Below, piece after piece: positions 52,861 to 63,800 of a stretch of DNA of 64,000 nt. The stretch spans positions 12,524,001 to 12,588,000 of the forward strand of contig JBHGNT010000003.1 in assembly GCA_043228905.1 (NCBI GenBank). Direction: 5' to 3'. The notes beneath the pieces are model-generated. The model was given only the letters and a program-made list of their open reading frames with translations, was not told the origin of the DNA and did not search any database. Each line of letters begins with the position of its first letter. The stretch's first letter is position 1. The DNA comes from Azolla caroliniana (Eukaryota > Plantae > Polypodiophyta). The position numbers were made by a program, and so were the translations under genes.

Positions 52861-54110
52861 AGCTCCATTTGGATTGAATTTTTGGAACTAAAAATACAAA
52901 GCGTAAAGATTTTCTCAACATGGAGTATATTCTCAAACTAGCTCCGGAAAATGTATGAAATGCCCAAACATGGGTGTCATTCAGGAAACAAATAATTTCC
53001 TTGAAGATTCAGTTAGACGCATACCTCTTTTACACGTATCATGGACTCCAAGGAATAACTCTCTTTAAGTAGACGTGGAGGGGTTTTTGAGGACAACCAT
53101 TTATTAGCAGAGGGAAATGTTATGAAGCAAGACATTGAGGCCTTGAGTCAGTTGGAATGCATGCTGGCAAAGCCACAAAAAGGCTGAAGACATGTTAGTT
53201 CATTCATCGTACATAAGGGAACTAGAAAGGGTGCTATATAGTTTTTCCTGTCCACTTCATTGATCATCACCATCGCTTTCTTTTTTTTGCAAGGAATGCC
53301 TCCTACATAAACATCAGACCTAGTATGGCCTTCAAGAAGAGATACAGATTTCTTGGCTACTTGCTGAACTTTTGTTATCTTATTTCTTGATCCTATAGTA
53401 TGTTAACACTAAAACAGCTATGACGTGTACACCACACTTGCATAGTAAACATCCCTTTTGCTAACACGTATCTAGTTTTTCTGAAATTCTGTTCTTCAAT
53501 TTCTTGCTCACTAAGTAATCAGACCATTGCCCCTTTCTTAGAGCAATTCTAAGAACTATTCGCAGTTACTTCACAGGTAGGCCCCTAATGACCAAAAAAT
53601 GACCCAGAACTAATAACTCAATCCATTACTCCTTTATCAGCGACTTCGAATAAGTGTTACCAAATGACTTCACAGGTACACTTCCAACAATCAAAAAAAG
53701 TCTCAGAAACACGCACAGAAAGCTGGGAAATAGAAGCAAAAACAGAGGATATTGTTCCAAGTCATTAACGTTGCATTCCAATCCCTTTGTTGATCATCCT
53801 AGTGAGAAAACTACCTGACCTGTCCCATATGAAATGGGACACATTTCAATGATATCGCATGGCATCACTAGAAAAGTAATAGTAGCCTAAAGAGTGTCTT
53901 GTAGTACTGTTGGGAGTCATCTAACTTATATATGATGTCGGACTTGCATAGACAAAGGGGATGTTGTATGACACTGCCCTAGATAAAGGGCTCAAGATAA
54001 AAGTATAATGCCAGAATCAGAATAAGACGTATTGAAAATTTTTAGCAATTAGAGAATGGTTTTCGTTTTTTAATCCTATTTGAGCTCTAGAATAAAGAGA
54101 AGAAAGTTAC

Positions 54111-54350
54111 CATAACATCAAATTGTTCAGGCTTGGCCACAAGTTGCATACAACAATTGTCTACAATTATTTCATTGTACTTGATTCCAGGGTATTTCTT
54201 GGACATTTCTCGGCATGATTCTAGGAACAGACCATCTGCCAGCTTCATAATGTTGGCCTTGTGCACTGCCGTCACAACTTTCCGATTGTTAAGATAAGCA
54301 TACTCAAATGCATATTTTGCAATACGTTCAGAGCAAAATTTTGTGATCAC
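54111..54350 (-). CDS. IDH1: NAD-IDH regulatory subunit, exon 2
   Basis: CAG acceptor at 54353-54351; [42 protein letters not shown]...FDVM; GTAAC donor at 54110; 240 nt. Confidence 0.95.
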
Positions 54351-54877
54351 CTGGAAACAAAAACAACTCAGCATTCTGAATCACTAAGAAATGTTAATGA
54401 CCATGTGATCATAACAGAGATGACACTGAAATTAGAAGAATGCAATGTACTGAATAGAATATTAGTCGTATTGCAATGGTTTTCAAAAAAACATATCAGT
54501 AGCATGAATCTCAAAAGGTTCTTAATAAGTGAATTGCACTTCTTACCAAAGGAAGTGAATAAAATTCCTTAAAACGTAGCAACACTTAAAAATTAAAAAC
54601 TTTTTTTTATTTTTTGAATACATCAAAGGAATGAAAGGAAAATATATCATAATCTCCTGTGCCAAAGTAAAAGGAACTTCAATATGCAGGAAATAGAGAG
54701 ATACAGAAATTGACAACCTCGTTAGCCATAGCTTAAGGACATGTACATAGCTTAATGATGTTATCTTTTTAGTTGAAAAGTCCCCAGACCATTACTGTGC
54801 CTTTCTCTAATGGTCTCTTGTTTGAAATTCACTGGATTAATTCGAATAAATGAACGAGCTCTGAAGTTGAAGGTTAC

Positions 54878-55582
54878 CTTGAGACTCTCCACTACACCAG
54901 GCACAACTTCATGCTCGAGCCCGGAATATTCCCCCTCTGTATTCTCTCTGATGACAACGATATCCACATTGTTGTGACGCGTGGGTAGGCCCGGCAAGTT
55001 GAAGCAGTGGGCAAGCGACGCAAATATGTCCAGTTCCTTGCGTAGCTGCACATTGAGAGAGCTGACACCTCCTCCCACAGGTGTGGCCAACCCTCCTTTG
55101 ATGCACACCTTGTTCTTCCTGATGGAATCCATGACCTCCTCGGGAACCTTGTGCATTTTTCCGCTCACTTCAAAGACCTCAAACTCCAGAGGGGCGTGCA
55201 TGGCTGTCATAACATCCACCACCGCACCTGTCACCAGAGGACCAATGCCATCCCCTGGGATTAGGGTTACTGTGCGAGGGGCGCCATCACCTGGTCGAGG
55301 CATGTATGTGACGAATCTCGAATCAATATGGCGACTATATGATATTCTGTACATGATGAAGGAGCGATATATTATACCATGGCCTGCCCGTCCTGCAGAG
55401 CCGAAACCACCACCACGTCCAGCAGGACTACTCGCAATATTATTATGGACGAAACCTCCGCCTCCGCCTGTCTTCTTCTTCTTCTTCCTCACTGCCGCTG
55501 CAACCGTCGAAGAAGAAGAAGAAGAAGAAGAAGACAGGCGGCGAGAGGCCAGACGCCAGAGCAGCGCCGCCGCCGCCGCCAT
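54878..55582 (-). CDS. IDH1: NAD-dependent isocitrate dehydrogenase regulatory subunit (mitochondrial), exon 1
   Basis: ATG at 55582; VTYMPRPGDGAPRTVTLIPGDGIGP...SSLNVQLRKELD...RENTEGEYSGLEHEVVPGVVESLK; donor AAG|GTAAC at 54878/54877; 705 nt, phase 0. Confidence 0.93.
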
Positions 55583-55652
55583 TGGAATGCAATAGAAGAA
55601 TGAAATGGAGTCGAGACGAGGAAGGGGAAAGGGGAAAAGGGAAAAGGGCGGA

Positions 55653-55672
55653 GGGGGGGGGGGGGGGGGGGG
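55653..55672 (+). repeat. G20 homopolymer within a purine tract in the IDH 5' UTR region
   Basis: Direct count; adjacent GGGG/GGG runs at 55624-55648. Confidence 0.9.
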
Positions 55673-55889
55673 TTGTTGGTTCAGGTTGGTTACTTACTTT
55701 ATCACTCCACTCCACTCACTTCCTTCCTTCCTACTATTCCTAGAGAGAGCAAAAGAGAGAGAGACTCTAAAATAGGCGGAGTGGAGGACTAGTGTGTGTG
55801 TGTGTACGTTCTGTGGTTCCTCCAGCTCTTTGCTTTCTTTGGTTTTTTTTATGTTATAACTTATATGTTGTCAAAATGAAGGGAAAGAA

Positions 55890-56157
55890 AGAAACCAAAC
55901 CTATAAACCTTTAAACCATTAAAACTTTTAAACCTTAAAACCAAACCACATAAACCGAAACCGCTAAACTGTGAAATTCAAAACCAAACCAAACCGAAGC
56001 CGATAAACCGCTAAACCATGAAATTCAAAACCGAAACCAAACCGGATCATAATATTTGAAACCAAACCAAACGGTTTATTTATCATTGAACCAATAAACT
56101 GTTAAGCCATGGCTTAACGGTTGGGTTCGGTTTGAGCCGAAACCAGGCCCATTGTTA
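55890..56157 (-). mobile_element. Truncated hAT MITE in the IDH upstream region, followed by (AT)n
   Basis: Reverse complement TAACAATGGGCCTGGTTTCGGCTCAAACCGAAC matches the left end of the 58465 MITE; AAACC(G) repeats; second TIR not found. Confidence 0.78.
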
Positions 56158-56550
56158 TATATATATATATATATATATATTAATGAAGGGAGTGGGAAAC
56201 AACTTGCTTAAAAGAGAGATGGTTAGATTGTACATATTATCAGCTTCGGAGGTCAATCACCTATGAGACTAAATATATTAATTATATTTTCACCTAATAC
56301 ATGTGAAAGTGAGTAGCAACTCTCCACACTCAATAACTTTACTAATGAATGTTGCAATCGAGAGTGCACATTACAGTTGAGAGAGAAATTTGTGTTAGGA
56401 TTGGGTTTAGTTGACGATGTGTGGAAATGATAGTCGAATGTGGTCAACAACATAGAGAGTTGTATCAAAGTGATACTCAAACTCCTAATCTTGTTTCAGG
56501 CAAAGTGTGCATCACGTTTTCCCCAATGACCCATGTCACATGGTAGTGCA

Positions 56551-56866
56551 TATGAGTTAAGTCGGATGCAATGGTTTGGATGGTCGACAACAAGATGGCA
56601 TTATGAACATGTTGAGAATCGACCAACCACAATTGGTTCCACGTTCGTATGCGAGTGCAAAGAAACGAACAAGATAATGCACAGACAAGACAACAGAGAT
56701 AGATACAGAGGCACAAGATATTTTATGTGGAAAACCCGAAAGGGAAAAACCACAGGAGCCCTTGAACTCTGAACTAAATCACTATATGGTTGAAGGGTTA
56801 TACAATAAGAAACTAGAAGGCAACAACCTTGAGTTCTTCTTCGTCAACAAACGACTACAAAGTTAT
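56551..56866 (-). mobile_element. Copia-type LTR fragment
   Basis: Homologous to 6364-6795; contains GTGGAAAACCCGAAAGGGAAAAACCAC. Confidence 0.7.
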
Positions 56867-57699
56867 GGTGTTGTAGTGTATTTCGTACACTACGTGAAAA
56901 ACGTATAAAGTACCCGATTCAATAAAAATGAAGAAAAAGAAAGAAATATTAAGATATATATTACATGCATAGGGCAAGATTCAACCCTTGTACCTCCATG
57001 TTAATAATTTGTAGCTTTACCACTACACAAACTCATCATGAGTGTTAAAAAAGTAGATATCCCACATAGAAAGTTATTCATGCATATTTTCTAGGACTAA
57101 GCTTTAGTTAGAAGAAAAAACGCATGATAGAAAAAAAAGCTACACATGCACATCTAGCGTGCATAAACACTATAGTCGATAAAAAACGCATGAGGTTAGA
57201 AAAAGTATGTTAGAGAAAGCATATAGTCTATAGATAAAAAAAAAGCATGGATTGCTAAGACTCTCTCATCACTATATAAGGATGGGGAGCACAATGTAAT
57301 AAGGGGGGAAAACTTTGGAAATTGGATATATTTCTAAAAACACCAATTAATAAATTATATTCGTGGGATTCACGAAATAAACTATGCTTGTGGGATTCAC
57401 GAGGTTTCTATATCTCTCTCTTTCAATCTAAATTCATACTCTTATCTTAATATTGATTAATGTAATACAATATACTTGTGGGATTCACAAGTTTCAATCT
57501 CTCTTTCTTATAATCTATTTATATTCTTATTAGCCTTAAAACTCTCTTCCTCCTAGTCCAAAACCCTAGCGGTTCCCACTCGACTCACATAACGATCCGG
57601 CGCTGAAAGGCATGACAACGACTCTGTTCACTCTCTCCTACAAACACTCAGCCTTAGTTACAAAGGCAACAAACACATTGTAACTATTACTACAATGTG

Positions 57700-59539
57700 T
57701 TACAAGAAGGCAGTGGCCTCTACGAAAGAAAAGAGAATAGTGTATGAACTGAGTGAAGCGAACGCAATGAGATAGTGAGTGAGGGGCGCCATAACTGTGT
57801 TCGTAACAACAGACGTAAAGAGCCTTGTGAGGCTGATACACTTCACACATAGAGTGTTGTATTCTGATCTCTCCATTATATATCCACTGTATAGTGAAAT
57901 TTTGTTCTCCATGGTTTTCTCCCGTTACATGGTTTCCACGTTAAATCTGTGTACACTCTTTTCTTGTGTTTTTGACTTGTGCATTTCAACATATTAGTTT
58001 CTTGTTAAATAACGATTAGTTTCTCTACAAATTGGTAATAGAGCTTGAGGTTCAAGCATGGAAGGAGGTGTGTGCGGCTTTCCAAGTATGATAATTCTAA
58101 ACTCACAGAACTATGTAGACTGGAAGATCAAAATGGAAGACCTCCTCATAATGAAAGACATGTGTGAGCCCGTCGACAGAGCAGATATACCTAAGGGGGT
58201 ATTGAAGTCTGATTGGAAACTTCATAATAGAAAGGTAGTGGCCACCATCAGACAATGCGTCGATGTGAGTGTCCTTCAGCATGTGGCGAACGACACAAAT
58301 GCCCACGAGATGTGGCAGAAGCTGTCAGGGCTATATGAGAGGAAGAACACCCTCAATAAAACCTCACTGATGAGAAAGATCATACGGCTGAAATACAGAG
58401 ACAGTGAAAGCATCGTCGAACACATTAGCACATTCATGGGGTATGTAAATCAACTTGTTGCAACTAGCAATGGGCACGGTTTCGGCTCAAACCGAACCAA
58501 ACCGTAAAACCATGGTTTAACGGTTTATTGGTTCCAAAAAAATTTAATGGTTTGGTTTGGTTTGGATTTTCGATAAACGGTTCGGTTCGGTTCTAAAACT
58601 CGGGTTTGTAGGTTTACAAGTTTGGTTTAAAGGTTTTTTGTTAACTTTTTTTTTTTACCTTAATAGTTTATTGATGTAATGGTTTTTTATTGATTTAATA
58701 AATTTAACTTAAATGTGTATTTAATTTAATGTATTTTTGTTTCTTTAGATGTTTAACTAGTTTGACTTAAGTGGTTATGTTTAAATTTTTTATTAAATGG
58801 TTCGGTTTGGTTTTAACTTTTTCTTAAATGGTTTGGTTTAAATATTGAGAGTTCATAAACGGTTTGATTTCGGTTTGGTTTGGTTTCTTTGCCTTGAAAC
58901 CGAACCAAACCGAAACCGAATTGTGCCCATTGCTAGTTGCAACCATGTTTCCCCTTGAAGATGCAATGCAGGCCATCTTGCTATTGTTCACCCTGCCGGA
59001 CAACTGGGAGAATTTAGTGGTGACTCTCAGCACCTTGTGTCAAGAAGAGAACTTGTCTCTACAAGCTGTGAAGACAAGTGTCTTGAACGAGGAGACAAGG
59101 AGGAAGGACAAGGGTGTCATGTCCCAAGCAGATGCGAATGTGAGACAACATTCAGACAAAGGAAGGAACCAACGAAGAAGTCCGCAACGAAGGGACAAAT
59201 CCTATGCCAAATCGAAGTCCAAAGGTAAGCAAACATGCTTTTATTGTGGTAAACCTGGACATTTCCAGAAGGACTGCTGACACATGAAGAAAGACAAAGG
59301 TGTCAGTAATGGTGTCGAACCCAGGAAGATTCTTGATGAAAAGAACACTTCGGCCATTGCGATGAGCAATGAAGAACTTCTGTTCATCTGTGAACGAACA
59401 ACTGCAAACCTTGCAAGTGAATAATGCACTTGGGTGATTGACTCTGGGGCATCTTTCCATATAACCCCATCGAGAGAGTACTTCTCGACTTACATAGTCG
59501 GGGATCATGGCTATGTAAAGATGGGTGACAATGGACTCT
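57700..59539 (+). mobile_element. Ty1/copia 5' fragment (gag type A, pol type B), interrupted by a hAT MITE
   Basis: LTR ends at 58029, PBS TGGTAATAGAGC 58033; gag ATG 58058; CFYCGKPGHFQKDC; WVIDSGAS; LTR start uncertain. Confidence 0.82.
58465..58935. mobile_element. hAT MITE
   Basis: Perfect 13-bp TIRs TAGCAATGGGCAC; 8-bp TSD GTTGCAAC; excision restores gag NQLVATMFPLEDA. Confidence 0.95.
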
Positions 59540-59800
59540 CAACATGTCATCTACATATAATAAGAGAATCAAGAAGTCACCTTCATCATACCTTTTGATG
59601 AACACGCAATGATCTGCCTATGTTTTCTGGAACCCATGTTCCACCATGAAGGATTCTAACTTCTTGTAGCACTGGCGTGGAGCTTGTTTTAGACCATACA
59701 AGCTTTTCTTCAATCAACACACTAGGTTCTCTTTCCCTTTCTCCTCAAAGCCTTCGGGTTGCTGCATGTAAATCTCTTCATCTAGCTCCCCGTGCAAGAA
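59540..59800 (-). mobile_element. Inverted copia RT fragment
   Basis: FIKRYDEGDFLILLLYVDDML. Confidence 0.8.
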
Positions 59801-59802
59801 TG

Positions 59803-60650
59803 TGTTGGGAAATCGGTCCCTCCAGATGGGATCCAGTTATGAATGAGGAGATCCAAAAACCGGATAGGATGGACCCGGTGTGAATCGGAAGTGAAGACAT
59901 ATTTGTAAATATGTTTTGAGTAAGCCTATTTAGGCTATATTTGTAAATAGCCCTAAGTTCATATAAGTATAAATATGACTTAGGGCAATCACTTTGATAT
60001 AGATGTGAGAGGGTTGTCATATTTTTGTAGAGATAACTATTGTATAGAGAGAGAGAGAGATATAGAGTGATACTCTATTGTAACCGCCGGCTGGCGAAGA
60101 TACAGAGCTTGAGGTCGTTGCCTCTGAGTTTCTATTTGTACCTCTTCCTATATAGTGATAGTTTGGAGTCTGTGGGCTCCCATGGTTTTTCCTTATTAGG
60201 GTTTTCCACGTAAACATCCTGTGTATCCTCTATCGTTCTTTGTGTGTGTAATTGCGCTCACTCCTAACTTCCCATTTCTGTGTTTGATTTCCATCTAAGT
60301 GATTCAAGACTCGGTTGTGGCCGAGCAATATTCCGTGCTATTCTTCACAAACTGGTATTAGAGCGAACAACATAGGAAATGGAAGAATCGTTTGGCGGCA
60401 TGTTCAAGCTCGTTGGCTCCAACTAATCAATGTGGAAGTCGAAGACGAGGGATATGTTGGTGGTTAAAGATCTTTGGTTGCTGGTTCAGTTCGGGGACAA
60501 GAGACCGGATAAGATCGACACCACAGTGTGAGAGGTGATGCACATGAAGACTACGGCATATATCTGGTGCTTCATCGACATGAGCCTGTACAACAACTTC
60601 AATGAAGAGAGCAAGACTCATGAACTTTGGGAGAAGATCGGCATCATGTT
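59803..60650 (+). mobile_element. Ty1/copia 5' LTR (59803-60349), PBS and start of gag type B
   Basis: TGTTGGGAAATCGG...TCACA; TGGTATTAGAGC 60353; MEESFGGMFKL at 60379. Confidence 0.88.
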
Positions 60651-60815
60651 CATGGTTGTTAGGTACGTTAGGTACGGTACTGATACCATACGTATTTAAC
60701 GTATTAATACGGGTATAGTACCTCCCAATTTTAAAATACGTTAAATACATTTTTTAGTATGTTAAATACCTATAAAATACATAAAATACGTATAGTACGT
60801 TAAATACGTTAAATA
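60651..60815. mobile_element. Left end of a probable hAT-type MITE, interrupted by copia copy 3
   Basis: Starts CATGGTTGTT exactly where gag homology stops; TACG(T) subterminal repeats; other end outside the window. Confidence 0.5.
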
Positions 60816-63800
60816 TGTCGTACTTCCGTGCTCGGCCACCACCGAGGAACAGGATCGATTCACAGAAAACGGGAAGTACAAGAATGCACGAAAAACAATA
60901 GAGAGAAGGGTACACTGGATGTTTTACGTGGAAAACCCTAAATGGGAAAAACCACGGGAGTGCAAGACTCCAACTATCACTATGCGCGGGAATGTACAAT
61001 GGCGAGCTGCAAGGCGACGACCTTGAGCTCGCTGTCCTCGCCACAGGCGGCGGTATTACACAGAGGCGTCGACCTCTTCCTTCCTCCTTCTCTCTCACTC
61101 TCTCTCGGCTGCTCTCACTTCGCTCCCTCTTCGTGGAAAACAGGAAAAATGAGCAACAACATAAACTGTTTGCCCTAAGTCATATTTATACACATATGAC
61201 TTTCGGGCTATTTACAAATATAGCCTCAAGGGCTCTTGGCAAACATATTCACAAATATGTCCCCGCATCCGGATCTCCCTCCGGGTCATTCGTCATCCGG
61301 CTCCGTAGCCGGGGTATTCATCATCCGGCTCCGTAGCCAGGGTCTTCGTCATCCAGCTCCGTAACCACAACCGGGCTTGCCGTCATTCATCTCCGGACAT
61401 CCCATCCGGAGGGACCGAAATCCCAACAAACTCCCCCTTCACTTCGGCATGGGATGTCTCTCCAGTCCGATCCTCTTCCGGCATGCTTCCAGCTTGTCGG
61501 GTGTGAGCACCTTGGTCAGCATATCCGACCCGTTCTCGTCCGTGTGGACCTTCGTCAGCACGAACTCCTTGTCTTCTATCCTTTCCCGGATCCAGTGATA
61601 TCTTCGCTGGATGTGCTTCGTCCGGGAGTGATAAGCCGCGTTCTTCGCAAGGTGGATGGCACTCTGACTGTCGCAGTAGAGTTGGTACTCCTCCTGCTGG
61701 ATACCGAGCTCTCTAATGAAGTCCTTCATCCATATTATTTCCTTGCCGGCTTCAACAGCCGCCATGTACTCCGCCTCCGTGGTGGACAACGCAACCGTCT
61801 TCTGCAGCCTCGACTGCCACGAAACAGCTCCACCTGCATACGTCATCACATACCCTGATGTGGACCGGCTGGTATCTGCATCAGCCGACATATCCGAATC
61901 GGTAAAGCCGTCGAATTCGGGCTTACCAGAGCCGAATCGGAGGCACACGTTTGCCGTGCCCTTCAGGTATCGGAGTATCCACTTGACCGCGTTCCAGTGC
62001 TCTTTGCCGGGATTGCTCATGTACCGGCTCACCACTCCAACTGCATATCCTATGTCCGGTCTTGTACACACCATTGCGTACATTAAGCTTCCGACGGCAG
62101 AGGCATATGGTACTTTCGTCATGTCCTCCTTCTCAGCCTTTGTCTTGGGGCTTTGCTTGCTGGACAACTTGCAGTTTCCCGGGAGGGTTGACCCGACCGG
62201 TCTTGCTTCCGACATGTTGAACCGGTGAAGCACCTTTGTCACGTACTTCTCCTGTGACAGCCACAACTGCTTCTTCTTCCGGTCCCGGATGATGTGCATC
62301 CCTAGTATTTGCCTCGCCGGACCCAGGTCCTTCATTGAGAAGGTTCGGTGAAGCGCTTTCTTCAGCGTCCGTATCTTGACCTGGTCCCGTCCGACGATCA
62401 ACATGTCGTCCACGTACAGGAGGAGTATTAGGGAGTCTCCTCCTTCGAACTTCTTCACAAACACGCAGTGATCAGACTGCGTTTTGTGGTACCCTTCGTC
62501 GGTCATGAAGGAGTCGAACTTCCGGTACCATTGCCGGGGAGCCTGCTTCAGTCCGTAAAGGCTCTTCTTCAACCGGCATACCAGGTGCTCCTTCCCTTTC
62601 TTCTCGAATCCTTCCGGTTGCTGCATGTAGATCTCTTCTTCGAGGTCACCGTGAAGGAATGCCGTCTTCACGTCCATCTGTTCTACCTCGAGGTCCATGC
62701 TTGCCGCTATGCTCAGCACCGTCCGGATGGAGGTCATCTTCACTACTGGGGCGAATATCTCGTCGAAGTCGACGCCCTTCTTCTGCTGAAACCCCTTCAC
62801 CACGATCCTGGCTTTGTATCTCGGGGGGTTTCCGGCATCTCCCGGTTTCAGCTTGAACACCCACTTGTTTCGAAGTGCCCGCTTTCCTTTCGGCAACTCC
62901 ACAAGTTCATATGTGTGGTTCTCATGCAGGGAATCCATCTCGTCCTGCATGGCACTCAACCACCTGCGGCTCTGGGTGTCATGCTTTGCTTCTTCAAAGC
63001 TCTCCGGCTCCCCTTCGTCGGTTAGCAGCACGTGCTCTGGTTCCGGAAATCTCCGGGGGGCCCTTCTCTCTCTTAGAGGATATCTCCGTTCCGGAGCTTC
63101 GGTAACCGGTTCTTCCGATTCTTCTTCATCCGAATCCATTTCGGGATCGGGGCCGGTTCCGGTATCATTCTCATCTTCTTCGGCCGGTTCTGTTTCTTCA
63201 CTGTCTTCGGCCGGATCCTCGAGTGTTAACCGGTCCCTTGCCGGTCGGGACTGCTCCTCGTAGAGTTGATCCTCACCGGTCGACTTGGAGCTCTTCATCT
63301 TCTTCTCCGACTCCCAGTCGGCGAGTGTCTTGTCCTCCGTGAAGATGATGTCTCGACTCCTGAATATCTTCTTGTCGACCGGGTCCCATACTCGGTAGCC
63401 GAACTCGTCGTCGCCGTAACCGAGGAATATGCATGGCCGGGTCTTTGGATCTAGCTTTCCTCTCCGGTCCTTTGCCACATGCACGTATGCGAGACACCCG
63501 AACACCTTCAGATGCCGGTAGGACACTTCCTTACCGGTCCACACTTTCTGCGGCGTGTCTCCGTCCAAAGGTACTGAGGGTGATCTGTTTATCACGTATG
63601 TCGCCGTCGACATTGCCTCAGCCCAAAACCCCTTGGGTAATTTCGCATGCGCCAGCATACTCCGGACCCTCTCCATTATGGTCCGGTTCATCCTCTCGGC
63701 CAGCCCGTTTAGTTCCGGCGTCTTCGGCACAGTAAACTCGAGCCGGATTCCCTTCGAGCGACAGTACTCCTGGAACTGCCCCCGGTATTCCCCTCCGTTA

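Noticed and set aside
52870-54080. Possible extra exon or nested gene in IDH intron 2
   Set aside because: No ORF or motif found; the IDH protein is complete without it
58457-58943. 21-bp perfect terminal inverted repeat
   Set aside because: It is a 13-bp TIR plus a palindromic 8-bp TSD (GTTGCAAC)
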